Origin: Cyanobacteriota bacterium
GTDB taxonomy: Bacteria > Cyanobacteriota > Cyanobacteriia > Phormidesmidales > Phormidesmidaceae
DNA length: 32,309 nt
Assembly (NCBI GenBank): GCA_027592485.1
Contig: JAQCKL010000001.1
Location: 1 to 32,309, forward strand
Direction: 5' to 3'
The notes beneath the pieces were generated by a model. It made no database searches. It was not told the origin of the DNA and was given only the letters and a program-made list of their open reading frames with translations. Below are positions 1-9,476 of this stretch, in pieces; position 1 is the first letter of the stretch; each line of letters starts with the position of its first letter. A program made the position numbers and the translations under genes.

Positions 1-356
1 CCCGCCGTAACGGTATCTCCGACCGATAGCTTGGCGGGGTGAAGAATATAGCGCTTCTCGCCATCTTGATAGTGCAATAGGGCGATACGGGCATTGCGGT
101 TGGGGTCGTACTCAATGGCAGCAACCTTGGCGGGCACGTCGCGCTTACTGCGGTGAAAGTCAATGATGCGATAAAGTCGCTTGTGCCCACCACCACGGTG
201 ACGACAAGTGATAACACCGCGATTATTTCGCCCTTTGGGACGATGAACAGAGCGAGTTAAAGATTTTTCTGGCTCGCTGCGGGTAACCTCAGAAAACTCT
301 GAGACAGTACGTTCACGAGTTCCAGGGGTATATGGTCGGTAGGAACGAATGCCCAT
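1..356 (-). CDS. rplB: 50S ribosomal protein L2, 5' part (runs off the window)
   Basis: Manual translation from ATG at 356: [14 protein letters not shown]...[26 protein letters not shown]...[13 protein letters not shown]; follows rplW. Confidence 0.97.
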   Translation of the reverse strand, partial: MGIRSYRPYTPGTRERTVSEFSEVTRSEPEKSLTRSVHRPKGRNNRGVITCRHRGGGHKRLYRIIDFHRSKRDVPAKVAAIEYDPNRNARIALLHYQDGEKRYILHPAKLSVGDTVTA

Positions 357-426
357 GACTTAACTCACTAAGAAAATAAATTGCGACAATGTTTTGCCCA
401 AGGGGAGATGTTTAAAGCCTCCGGCT

Positions 427-732
427 TTAAACATCTGGGAATAGGGGAATAGAATCCCCTGCAGCCAAGGTGACCACTGCCCGCTTATAGGTGGCTCGGT
501 AGCCCGCAAACTTACCCATACGGCGCTGTTTCCGGGGGGGGTTTAAGGTGCTAATGCCAGTGACCTTTACATTAAAAAGAGACTCGATCGCAGCCTTGAT
601 TTCTGGCTTAGTAGCCCTTGGCATGACCTCAAAGGTGTACTGGTTGTTTTCCAACAACAAGGTTGCTTTCTCGGTGACGATGGGACGACGAATCAGGTCG
701 GCCAGTGTTGCGGGCTCAATAACTTTAGCCAC
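427..732 (-). CDS. rplW: 50S ribosomal protein L23
   Basis: [22 protein letters not shown] motifs; operon order. Confidence 0.97.
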   Translation of the reverse strand: MAKVIEPATLADLIRRPIVTEKATLLLENNQYTFEVMPRATKPEIKAAIESLFNVKVTGISTLNPPRKQRRMGKFAGYRATYKRAVVTLAAGDSIPLFPDV

Positions 733-1357
733 CGTAAACCTCCTGTACTTTCTCTAAGGCTGTTGCCGTTACCACTAAGCGATCTGCAGCCAACAAGTCA
801 TAGATGTTGAGGTTGTTTGCCGAAATCAAAGTGAGTTTGCTGAGATTGCGAGCAGACAGGGTCACCATTTCCTGGTGCTCTGCCACAATCAGCAATACTT
901 TCTCACTAGCTGATATTCCCCAGCGACCTAAGGCCTCAACTAGATCTCTTGTCTTAGGGCGGGACAACTGATCGGCAAATTCTTGGACAACGACCATGTC
1001 TTCGGCACGACTTTGGAAAGCCGTACAAAGTGCAAGGCGTCGCTCCTTGCGATTCATTTTGACGCTAAAGTCTCTGGGTTTCGGGCCAAAAGTCACACCC
1101 CCACCTTTCCACAAGGGAGACCGGCTAGAACCAGCCCGAGCACGACCCGTACCTTTTTGACGCCAAGGCTTGCGACCACCCCCGCGAACTTCGGCCCGCG
1201 TCTTGGTTGACAAGGTCCCTTGTCGCGCATTGTGCATCTGGCGAACAAGGGCTCGATGAACAATGTGGGACGCGTTTTCTGGCTTGGCTGTTTTCAGCTC
1301 TAACGAGGCGTTACCGGCCTCGTTTCCTTGCCAATCTTTAATAGTGCACTCAACCAT
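725..1357 (-). CDS. rplD: 50S ribosomal protein L4
   Basis: [31 protein letters not shown] signature. Confidence 0.98.
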   Translation of the reverse strand: MVECTIKDWQGNEAGNASLELKTAKPENASHIVHRALVRQMHNARQGTLSTKTRAEVRGGGRKPWRQKGTGRARAGSSRSPLWKGGGVTFGPKPRDFSVKMNRKERRLALCTAFQSRAEDMVVVQEFADQLSRPKTRDLVEALGRWGISASEKVLLIVAEHQEMVTLSARNLSKLTLISANNLNIYDLLAADRLVVTATALEKVQEVYGG

Positions 1358-1409
1358 GACGTTCTATTCCTGCAATGCTCATGCCTGCTACTGATACCCC
1401 GAAAAATCT

Positions 1410-2048
1410 CTAAGCTTGACCCACGCGATTTGTCGGGGTGATGCTGAGAAGGGTCCCAGACTTACCGGGGACGGACCCTTTCACAATCAGCAGATTGCGA
1501 TCGCTATCAATTCTCACAACGGTCAGCTTACGGGTTGTCACCTTGACTCCCCCTAACCGGCCCGCCATTTTCTTGCCAGGGTAGACCCGACCGGGGGTAG
1601 TACCTGCACCAATCGAACCCGGAGCACGGTGATTTTTAGAGCCGTGAGCCATTGGACCACGATGAAAGTTATGCCGTTTTTGATAACCGGCAAAACCTTT
1701 ACCAATGCTGGTGCCACTGACGTCTATGATCTGCCCTATCTCAAACCGGTCAGCGGTCAACACTTGGCCTAACTCAAAGCTGCCCACCTCATCAGTGCGA
1801 TACTCCTTCAAATGACGAAGAGGCGTTGCATTTGCTTTTGACAAATGCCCTAACTCAGGCTTGGTAAGGGCCTTTTCGGCCACCTCACCGTAGCCGAGCT
1901 GCACAGAGGCGTAGCCATCTGTTTGTAGAGTTTTGACCTGGGTAACCACACATGGCCCCGCCTGAATGACGGTCACTGGAATGGAATTCCCTTGCTCGTC
2001 AAAAATCTGGGTCATACCTAACTTGGTACCGAGAATGCCAACTGACAC
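1410..2048 (-). CDS. rplC: 50S ribosomal protein L3 (likely GTG start at 2048, [11 protein letters not shown])
   Basis: [34 protein letters not shown] motifs. Confidence 0.98.
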   Translation of the reverse strand: MSVGILGTKLGMTQIFDEQGNSIPVTVIQAGPCVVTQVKTLQTDGYASVQLGYGEVAEKALTKPELGHLSKANATPLRHLKEYRTDEVGSFELGQVLTADRFEIGQIIDVSGTSIGKGFAGYQKRHNFHRGPMAHGSKNHRAPGSIGAGTTPGRVYPGKKMAGRLGGVKVTTRKLTVVRIDSDRNLLIVKGSVPGKSGTLLSITPTNRVGQA

Positions 2049-2118
2049 CGTTCCCATCTCCACTAACTACAGACAACTCACATCAACTGCGCGCTTAACT
2101 CATAACCAAAGGCCAGAG

Positions 2119-2150
2119 TAAAAGTGACAGCAACTATTGACGCTGTCACT
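2119..2150 (-). terminator. Candidate intrinsic terminator/attenuator in the rplC leader
   Basis: 9-bp stem AGTGACAGC (2123-2131) / GCTGTCACT (2142-2150); on the minus strand it ends in a short TTTT run about 70 nt upstream of rplC. Confidence 0.45.
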
Positions 2151-2512
2151 AACGCAGGCTGCATTCCAGTGCTGCTGATACAGCACACACCTTTTTAATC
2201 AAAGCGGAAGTCCGTTTACCGAAACCCGTAAGACGGTGTTGAAGAGGCAACAAAGATATAAAATGTCGCTCAGACTTAGTGCGTTGAACGCCCAGTATCT
2301 GTTTCCAGCGACGATTAATCATCTTACACACTCTTTATGGAGATGTCTAGTTTTTTATTGCTGTCATTCGTGGCAGTCCTATTGCACAAGGTAATCGGCT
2401 GACAAGTTTAGGATTTTCGGGGTAGTGAGCATGGGCCTCCTTGGCTTAAACTAAGGGCTGACAGCTGACCTTATCTAGTACTGAGTCATAACTGCCGGAG
2501 CTAAGCATCACG

Positions 2513-2980
2513 ATGCCTTTACTTATTGTTGGCCGCAAATTCACTCGCGATTTGGACTCGGCAGGTGCTTTGGCGGTACGTATGCCCCTTGAAGGCGGGT
2601 TTGAAGGTCGCTATCAGCGACGGTTAAGGGCCGCCGGTTACGAGACGATGAACCTCACTGTTAGGGGGCTGGGAGATCTGTCGGCCTATCTAACTGATGT
2701 TCACGGCGTTCGTCCCGCCCATCTCGGCAAAAAAACCATTGGCCAAGGTGCGGCGGTCGGTTATACCTATTTCGTGCCACCCATCGTTAATTACCGTTTT
2801 GAATCCCTAGCAAGCCAATCTAAAGGTTTGGTGCTGTGGTTATTGGAAGGGCATATTTTGTCTCGGCAAGAGTTGCTGTATTTGGCTGAGTTGCCCGAGA
2901 AACGCCCGCAGCTTAAGGTGGTCTTGGAGATGGGGGGCGATCGCGAATTTAGCTGGCAGCCTTTACGGGATCTGCTCTAA
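2513..2980 (+). CDS. ndhN: NAD(P)H-quinone oxidoreductase (NDH-1) subunit N
   Basis: PLEGGFEGRYQRRLRAAGY, HGVRPAHLGKK; divergent from rplC as usual in cyanobacteria. Confidence 0.95.
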   Translation: MPLLIVGRKFTRDLDSAGALAVRMPLEGGFEGRYQRRLRAAGYETMNLTVRGLGDLSAYLTDVHGVRPAHLGKKTIGQGAAVGYTYFVPPIVNYRFESLASQSKGLVLWLLEGHILSRQELLYLAELPEKRPQLKVVLEMGGDREFSWQPLRDLL

Positions 2981-3065
2981 GCCCGTCAAAGTCTTCTCTC
3001 TGGCAAGGAAATGCTGTTATTTAAATGGTGCAGCAGTTTCACCAAGAACTGGCTAGCATGGGGAT

Positions 3066-4226
3066 GTGAGCGAACAAACGGACCCTATCAAGTCTCTTCA
3101 ATCTGGTTGCTGGTTCAAGCTCATTTGTGGCGCAAGTTACCAGCACCTGCCTGTTATCCGCAATCTAGCCTTGGCTTACACGTTGGCAGGGGTTGATTGC
3201 ATTGATGTCGCTGCGGATCCCACAGTCATCAAGATTGTTCAGGAAGCTGTGGATACTGCCGCTGAGCTCAGGGTGGGTTCCCCATGGCACGATCCGTTCT
3301 ATCGTCCATGGTTGATGATCAGCATCAATGACGGCGAAGATCCTCACTTCCGTAAAGCAACTTTTAATCCCGAGCATTGCCCAGCTGATTGTTCGCGCCC
3401 CTGCATTTCAACTTGCCCGACTGCAGCGATCACCTTTGCCGAGAATGATCCGTCGGGAGTCATCAGCAGTCGTTGCTATGGGTGTGGCCGCTGCTTCACG
3501 GTCTGTCCCCCACAGGTAATTGAAGCTGAAAATCACGTCACACCCGCTGTTACTGTCCTGTCCCAAGTCATAGGGGCGGTGGATGCGATCGAAATTCACA
3601 CCCAAATTGGCCGACAGCAACCCTTTGAACAGTTGTTTCAGCGCATTCAACCCTATTTGTCTCAGCTCAAACTTTTGTCTATTAGCTGCCCAAATGGCGA
3701 TGGCGTGATTGATTACCTGTGGCAGCTTTACCGCACTCTGGAGCCCCTGTCGATACCGTTAGTGTGGCAAACCGATGGTCGCCCCATGAGTGGAGATATT
3801 GGCTCCGGGACGACCCATGCCACGATTCGTTACGGCCAGAAGATGCTGCAAACAGGTCCACCCGGCTATATCCAACTGGCTGGCGGAACAAACCATCAAA
3901 CCGTGCCAAAACTGTCTATGCTTCCAGGTTGGAACAACGCGGAAAAATCCATTGCTTGTTTTAACGGCAACCCAGGCAACAAGTTAAGTCCTTTTTTTGG
4001 AGGTGTTGCCTATGGCAGCTATGCCCGTAAATTGCTACAGCCCATTTTCAGTACCCTGGAGATGAATACCGATATGGCTTGTTCTGGGCAGGGTAATGCG
4101 ATGCATCTGGAGACTTTCCCAGATTTGCTCGAACAAGCGGTCCAGCAGTGCCGAGCCTTGATGGGTCCCCTCAAGGGCCTGCATTCTACAACAACGGCTC
4201 CACCGTTGTCCCCAGTTATTGTCTGA
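3066..4226 (+). CDS. ldpA: Light-dependent period protein LdpA (4Fe-4S, circadian input)
   Basis: WFKLICGAS, DGEDPHFRKA, two Cys clusters (CPADCSRPCISTCP; CYGCGRCFTVCP), WQTDGRPMSGDIG. Confidence 0.93.
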   Translation: MSEQTDPIKSLQSGCWFKLICGASYQHLPVIRNLALAYTLAGVDCIDVAADPTVIKIVQEAVDTAAELRVGSPWHDPFYRPWLMISINDGEDPHFRKATFNPEHCPADCSRPCISTCPTAAITFAENDPSGVISSRCYGCGRCFTVCPPQVIEAENHVTPAVTVLSQVIGAVDAIEIHTQIGRQQPFEQLFQRIQPYLSQLKLLSISCPNGDGVIDYLWQLYRTLEPLSIPLVWQTDGRPMSGDIGSGTTHATIRYGQKMLQTGPPGYIQLAGGTNHQTVPKLSMLPGWNNAEKSIACFNGNPGNKLSPFFGGVAYGSYARKLLQPIFSTLEMNTDMACSGQGNAMHLETFPDLLEQAVQQCRALMGPLKGLHSTTTAPPLSPVIV

Positions 4227-4257
4227 TTTTGGCCTTTCACTCTGAATTAGAGCGGTT

Positions 4258-6111
4258 ATGGTAAATTTCTCCGACGAAGCGATGGTTCCCAATGCCCCTA
4301 AGGCATCTAGCCCACAGCCGGATCAGTCTCCCATAGCCACCGGCACTAACGATGATTTGGGTTCGCTGCTGGCGATCCTCCCTCAACACCTGCGCACGCT
4401 ACTCGAGCAGCACCCCCGTCGGGAGCAATTAATTGAAGTGGTTTTGGACCTGGGTCGTCGGGCTGAAGCACGTTTTCCCGGAGAGGCTCAATATCTCACC
4501 GAAACCATGGTTTCACGGGACGAACTCAATTACTGTATTGAGCGAGTTGGGTATTTTGGTGGCGATAATCGAGCCGGCATTGAGCAAACCTTGCACCGCA
4601 TCAGTGCCATTCGCAATCGTTCCGGTGAGGTGGTGGGGTTGACCTGTCGGGTGGGACGAGCCGTATTCGGCACCATCGGCATGATTCGAGATTTAGTCGA
4701 AACCGGGCGATCTATCCTGATGTTGGGGCGGCCAGGGGTCGGGAAGACCACTGCACTTCGGGAAATTGCTCGGGTCCTAGCCGATGACTTTCAGAAGCGG
4801 GTCGTCATTATTGACACGTCCAATGAAATTGCTGGGGACGGAGATATCCCACATCCTGCCATTGGTCGAGCTCGGCGTATGCAAGTTGCAAAACCTGAAT
4901 TGCAGCACCAGGTGATGATTGAGGCGGTGGAAAACCATATGCCTGAAGTCATTGTGATTGATGAAATCGGCACTGAACTCGAGGCCACTGCAGCTCGTAC
5001 GATTGCCGAACGGGGCGTACAGCTCGTGGGCACAGCCCATGGCAATCGCCTGGAAAATCTGATCAAAAACCCCACATTGTCAGATTTGGTGGGAGGGGTG
5101 CAATCGGTAACCTTGGGGGATGATGAGGCCCGTCGCCGGGGCAGCCAAAAAAGCGTTTTGGAACGAAAGGCTCCCCCAACCTTTGAAATTGCTATTGAAA
5201 TGAGTGAACGCCAGCGCTGGGTGGTCCATGAAGATGTCGCCACCACCATCGATAGCCTGTTGCGAGGACGCCAGCCGGGCATGCAAGTCCGCAGTACTGA
5301 CTCAGATGGCCAAGTTGCGATCAGCCACGAAGCGCCTGAAACGCCATTGCGAGCCATCTCTAATCGCAGCGATCGCACAACTGTGGGTTTTGCCAAAAAG
5401 GGATGGCGAGCTTCTGGACACATGACTCCCCTCAGCACGGCTTCGCCGTCAGAGGTACGGCGGGTGATGACCCCTGAGGAGCAACATTTTCAACATTTGC
5501 TAGATGTCTCTGAGCCAACGATGCGCGCTATCGAGGTTAGTTCTCCATTCACCGATCCTTTATCGCTGAGCGAAGAGGCTGCCCCTGAATTTGGACCCAA
5601 TGGCGAGGAAATTTTACGGCTATACCCCTATGGGATCAGCCGACATCATCTTGAGCACGTGATTCGAACGCTGCACTTGCCGGTAACCCTAACCAAGGAC
5701 TTAGAGCTGGCCGATGCGGTCCTGGCCCTGCGCTCCCATATCAAGAGTCACTCTAAATTGCGCCATGTGGCCAAGACGCGGCAATTACCCATCCATACGG
5801 TCAAGTCCAATGGCATTCCCCAAATCGTGCGATCGCTGCAGCGCCTCCTCGATCCTGAGGAGGGCAGTACCCCAGCCAATATCAATCTGAATCTATTCAG
5901 CCAAGGGGAAGAGGCGAACGAATTAGAAGCCTTGGAAGAAGCCCGGCTTGCGGTAGAACAAATTGTCATCCCCAAAGGGCAGCCCGTAGAGTTACTGCCC
6001 CGTTCATCCCGGATTCGGAAAATGCAACATGAGTTGGCTGAACATTACCATCTCAAGTCCCTTAGCTTCGGCGACGAGCCCAATCGCCGCCTACGGATTT
6101 ACCCCGCTTAA
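4258..6111 (+). CDS. ycf45: Ycf45/SpoIIIAA-like AAA ATPase with C-terminal R3H domain
   Basis: Walker A GRPGVGKTT, IIDTSNEIAGDGD, VIDEIG; C-terminal RKMQH R3H motif. Confidence 0.88.
   Translation: MVNFSDEAMVPNAPKASSPQPDQSPIATGTNDDLGSLLAILPQHLRTLLEQHPRREQLIEVVLDLGRRAEARFPGEAQYLTETMVSRDELNYCIERVGYFGGDNRAGIEQTLHRISAIRNRSGEVVGLTCRVGRAVFGTIGMIRDLVETGRSILMLGRPGVGKTTALREIARVLADDFQKRVVIIDTSNEIAGDGDIPHPAIGRARRMQVAKPELQHQVMIEAVENHMPEVIVIDEIGTELEATAARTIAERGVQLVGTAHGNRLENLIKNPTLSDLVGGVQSVTLGDDEARRRGSQKSVLERKAPPTFEIAIEMSERQRWVVHEDVATTIDSLLRGRQPGMQVRSTDSDGQVAISHEAPETPLRAISNRSDRTTVGFAKKGWRASGHMTPLSTASPSEVRRVMTPEEQHFQHLLDVSEPTMRAIEVSSPFTDPLSLSEEAAPEFGPNGEEILRLYPYGISRHHLEHVIRTLHLPVTLTKDLELADAVLALRSHIKSHSKLRHVAKTRQLPIHTVKSNGIPQIVRSLQRLLDPEEGSTPANINLNLFSQGEEANELEALEEARLAVEQIVIPKGQPVELLPRSSRIRKMQHELAEHYHLKSLSFGDEPNRRLRIYPA
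5369..5376. repeat. HIP1 octamer GCGATCGC (one example of many, also at 5829, 6582, 17641)
   Basis: Palindromic octamer recurring throughout the window; cyanobacterial hallmark. Confidence 0.9.
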
Positions 6112-6290
6112 GGCCCTAGATTCAGGGACGGGACCTTAGGCGTTGGATGGCGAAGCATGAGTACCAGGCTTGCTTGGGGAGCGTGGTTCAACATTGTGAT
6201 GACACCGCACGGTAGAATAGCGTCACGATTTCCGAATCATTTCGGACAGTCCATTGCGTACGACTCCTTCAAGAAATTCTTCAACTATCC

Positions 6291-6695
6291 ATGAGACAAC
6301 TGTTTACTCGTTTATTTGCCTTGATCCTGGTCGCGGTCATTGGTCTGTCTGGATGTGGTGATGCTGGTATTAGTGGTCAGATCACTGGGGATTATCGCCA
6401 AGATACGCTAGCCATCATTGAAAACCTGAGAACGACCATCAGCCTGCCTCAGGATGCGCCTGAAAGAGCTGCTGCCCAGGCCAATGCCCGTGAAGTAATC
6501 AGTGACTTCACTTCCCGCTACCGTCGAGATGGTGCGGTCTCGGGCCTGAGCTCATATACCACTGTGAGTACTGCCCTCAATGCGATCGCCGGTCACTACA
6601 GTTCCTACCCCAACCGGCCTTTCCCAGAGAAATTACAGCAGCGCCTTGAGCAAGAGTTCAAGCAAGTGGAAGCAGCCCTAAAGCGGGGCGCTTAA
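6291..6695 (+). CDS. psb27: Photosystem II assembly lipoprotein Psb27
   Basis: Lipobox LSGC, TGDYRQDTL, SRYRR, TALNAIAGHYSSYPNRP. Confidence 0.95.
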   Translation: MRQLFTRLFALILVAVIGLSGCGDAGISGQITGDYRQDTLAIIENLRTTISLPQDAPERAAAQANAREVISDFTSRYRRDGAVSGLSSYTTVSTALNAIAGHYSSYPNRPFPEKLQQRLEQEFKQVEAALKRGA

Positions 6696-6749
6696 GTTTC
6701 GCCGGACCCATTCTGATGGTTTAACCCAGTAACCATCCCTTAACAACAC

Positions 6750-6792
6750 AAAACAAAGGCAGGTGCTGATCGGAGTACCTGCCTTTGTTTTT
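6750..6792. terminator. Bidirectional intrinsic terminator after psb27
   Basis: AAAACAAAGGCAGGTGCT / AGTACCTGCCTTTGTTTT, 18-bp stem with one G-U pair. Confidence 0.8.
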
Positions 6793-6824
6793 GAGCGCAC
6801 TGTGTCATTTTGATAGCGAAAAAT

Positions 6825-6854
6825 TTGACTGAGTCGTCTTAGCTTTGCTAGGAT
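6825..6854 (+). promoter_or_regulatory. Sigma70-type promoter of the rpmJ-rpsM operon
   Basis: TTGACT-N18-TAGGAT with extended TGn, 34 nt before the rpmJ ATG. Confidence 0.55.
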
Positions 6855-6888
6855 GGCAATTCTGTAATGAGGCGCAAAATTTTAGGGC

Positions 6889-7002
6889 ATGAAAGTGCGA
6901 GCATCTGTCCGTAGAATGTGTGACAAATGTCGCGTCATCCGCCGCAAAGGGCGGGTGATGGTTATTTGTTCTAACCCCAAGCATAAGCAACGGCAGGGGT
7001 GA
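6889..7002 (+). CDS. rpmJ: 50S ribosomal protein L36 (Zn-binding form); missing from the ORF track
   Basis: Manual translation [37 protein letters not shown]. Confidence 0.98.
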   Translation: MKVRASVRRMCDKCRVIRRKGRVMVICSNPKHKQRQG

Positions 7003-7135
7003 TTGTCGGTTCTGACGGTCTATTGTCGTTTTGCCGAGTTTTTAGAGCAGACTTCCATAGGTCACGAACAAAGAAAGCAAACTCAGTTATTTTCTGGTGC
7101 CGACGCACCTTAAAGATTGTAGGGAGAAAGTAAAA

Positions 7136-7519
7136 GTGGCACGGATTGCTGGTGTTGACCTGCCCAGAGATAAGCGGGTCGAAATTGGGTTGACTTATAT
7201 CTACGGGATTGGCTTATCTCGCTCCAAGGGGATTTTAAGCAAGACGGGTGTCAGCCCTGATATTCGGGTGCGGGACCTTAGTGACAGTGATGTGGCTAGT
7301 CTTCGCGATGCAGTCGAAAATGATGATTTCCAGGTAGAAGGGGATCTGCGGCGCTGGGAGAGCATGAACATCAAGCGCCTGATGGATATTGGTTCTTACC
7401 GAGGGCGTCGCCATCGAGCTGGGTTACCCGTTAGAGGGCAAAGAACTCGAACCAATAGCAGGACCCGTCGGGGCGTTAAGCGGACAATTGCGGGCAAAAA
7501 GAAAGCGCCCAAGAAATAA
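7136..7519 (+). CDS. rpsM: 30S ribosomal protein S13 (GTG start at 7136)
   Basis: [18 protein letters not shown]; AGGGAG RBS at 7121. Confidence 0.98.
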   Translation: MARIAGVDLPRDKRVEIGLTYIYGIGLSRSKGILSKTGVSPDIRVRDLSDSDVASLRDAVENDDFQVEGDLRRWESMNIKRLMDIGSYRGRRHRAGLPVRGQRTRTNSRTRRGVKRTIAGKKKAPKK

Positions 7520-7642
7520 TTCAGGTTATTAAGGCTGATGTATGTGATGACTTAAGGTTCAGGTCATTACATGCGTTGCTTTGAGTCCATTCACTAAGAT
7601 TGCATCAGTAGTTCAGAGTTATATAGGACGATTAGGGAGGTC

Positions 7643-8035
7643 ATGGCTAAACCAACACGTAAACCGGGCGGTCGTAAGACTAAGAAGAATATCCCGAGCG
7701 GCGTAGCGCATATTCAATCTACTTTTAATAACACTATTGTCACGATCACCGATACGAATGGTGAAGCGGTGTCATGGTCATCCGCTGGTGCAAGTGGGTT
7801 TAAGGGAGCCAAAAAGGGTACACCTTTTGCCGCTCAAACTGCAGCCGATAGTGCGGCGCGGCGAGCGATGGACCAAGGGATGCGGCAAATTGAGGTTATG
7901 GTAAGTGGTCCTGGTGCTGGTCGTGAGACCGCGATTCGGGCCTTACAGGGTGCGGGCTTAGAGATCACGTTGATTCGAGATGTGACCCCGATTCCCCATA
8001 ATGGCTGCCGTCCACCCAAGCGGCGACGTGTTTAG
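7643..8035 (+). CDS. rpsK: 30S ribosomal protein S11
   Basis: [30 protein letters not shown]. Confidence 0.98.
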   Translation: MAKPTRKPGGRKTKKNIPSGVAHIQSTFNNTIVTITDTNGEAVSWSSAGASGFKGAKKGTPFAAQTAADSAARRAMDQGMRQIEVMVSGPGAGRETAIRALQGAGLEITLIRDVTPIPHNGCRPPKRRRV

Positions 8036-8073
8036 AATTCTTGGATAGTGGTGAGGCAAAGGGAGGCCCTGTT

Positions 8074-9018
8074 ATGGCACAGTTTCAAGTTGAGTGCGTC
8101 GAATCCGTAATTGCTGACGACGAGAGCTACTATAGTCGATTTGTCATTGAGGCATTGGAACGTAGTCAGGGGATTACCGTTGGTAATGCCTTACGGCGAG
8201 TATTGCTGTCTAATCTTTATGGATCAGCGATTACTGCTGTCCGTATTGCCGGGGCAACCCACGAGTTTTCGACCATCCCCGGCGTCCGGGAGGATGTGCT
8301 GGACATTCTGCTCAATATGAAAGTGGTGGTGTTGAAGAGCTATTCAACCCAGCCGCAAATTGGACGGCTCATGGTCCAGGGTCCGGCCAAAGTGACTGCT
8401 GGGGATTTCGAACTGCCTTCAGAGGTCGAGTTCATTAATCCTGAGCAGTACATTGCCTCTGTCGCTGAGGGTCATACCCTAGAGATGGAGTTCCGGATCG
8501 AGCAGGGACAAGGGTATCGAGCTGTGGATCGGGCGCGCGATGAAGCTACAGCGCTCGATTTCATGCAGATTGATGCCGTGTTTATGCCTGTCCGCAAGGT
8601 GAATTACACCGTTGAAGAAATCATTGTGGGTGGAGCCCTTCAAAAGGATCGGCTTCTCCTCGATGTATGGACTAATGGCAGTGTGACACCGCAGCAGGCC
8701 ATGAGCGAAGCGGCGGCTATCTTGGTTGATTTATTTAATCCCCTTAAGGATGTCACCCTTGAGCCAAAACAGGATGAATCGACTCGGGAAGAAGATCCAG
8801 CTAACCAAATCCCGATTGAAGAGCTGCAATTGTCGGTGAGAGCCTACAACTGCTTGAAGCGGGCTCAGATTAATTCCGTTTCAGACTTGCTTGATTACAC
8901 CCAAGAAGACCTGCTGGAGATCAAAAACTTTGGTCAGAAATCAGCAGAAGAGGTGATTGAAGCTCTGCAGCAGCGTCTGGGCATCACCCTCGCGACTGAA
9001 GCCTCAAAGCCCGTGTAG
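8074..9018 (+). CDS. rpoA: RNA polymerase alpha subunit (likely ATG at 8074)
   Basis: GNALRRVLLS, HEFSTIPGVREDV, LSVRAYNCLKRA, NFGQKS; GGGAGG RBS at 8061. Confidence 0.98.
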   Translation: MAQFQVECVESVIADDESYYSRFVIEALERSQGITVGNALRRVLLSNLYGSAITAVRIAGATHEFSTIPGVREDVLDILLNMKVVVLKSYSTQPQIGRLMVQGPAKVTAGDFELPSEVEFINPEQYIASVAEGHTLEMEFRIEQGQGYRAVDRARDEATALDFMQIDAVFMPVRKVNYTVEEIIVGGALQKDRLLLDVWTNGSVTPQQAMSEAAAILVDLFNPLKDVTLEPKQDESTREEDPANQIPIEELQLSVRAYNCLKRAQINSVSDLLDYTQEDLLEIKNFGQKSAEEVIEALQQRLGITLATEASKPV

Positions 9019-9062
9019 GTGAAGACCGACTACCTCAGTGCCCATCTCACTGAGGTAACCCT

Positions 9063-9087
9063 TCCGGAGCCCTGGCTTCGGATTTTT
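9063..9087 (+). terminator. Terminator-like hairpin between rpoA and rplQ
   Basis: TCCGGAGC-CCTG-GCTTCGGA followed by TTTTT. Confidence 0.5.
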
Positions 9088-9113
9088 ATTGTTTAGTGAT
9101 TGGGGGAATTAAA

Positions 9114-9464
9114 ATGCGTCACGGTTGTCGTGTGCCCAAGCTGGGGCTTCCGGCTGATCAGCGTCGCGCTCTGTTGCGAGCATTAACCACTGAATTGATT
9201 CGCCATGGCCGTATTACTACGACCAAGGTTCGGGCTAAAGCGGTGCGCTCTGAAGCTGAGCACATCATCACCTTGGCTAAGGACGGTTCTTTGGCCGCTC
9301 GGCGTCGAGCGATCGGGTACCTGTATGACAAGCAGTTGGTTCATGCTTTGTTTGACCAAGCTAGCGATCGCTATGGCGATCGCCAGGGTGGCTATACCCG
9401 CATCTTTCGGACGGTGAGCCGTCGTGGGGATAACGCTGATATGGCGATTATCGAGCTGACCTAA
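9114..9464 (+). CDS. rplQ: 50S ribosomal protein L17
   Basis: MRH start, GRITTT, GGYTRI, RRGDNA. Confidence 0.98.
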   Translation: MRHGCRVPKLGLPADQRRALLRALTTELIRHGRITTTKVRAKAVRSEAEHIITLAKDGSLAARRRAIGYLYDKQLVHALFDQASDRYGDRQGGYTRIFRTVSRRGDNADMAIIELT

Positions 9465-9476
9465 GGATCTATTGAG

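Noticed and set aside
2149-2331. 60-aa minus-strand ORF as a leader peptide or rpsJ
   Set aside because: No S10 similarity; cyanobacterial rpsJ normally lies with the str operon, so its absence here is ordinary.
4791-5438. 215-aa antisense ORF inside ycf45, and other overlapping ORFs in the track
   Set aside because: Shadow frames of conserved genes with no recognisable motifs.
8036-8073. Absence of rpsD between rpsK and rpoA
   Set aside because: Normal in cyanobacteria.
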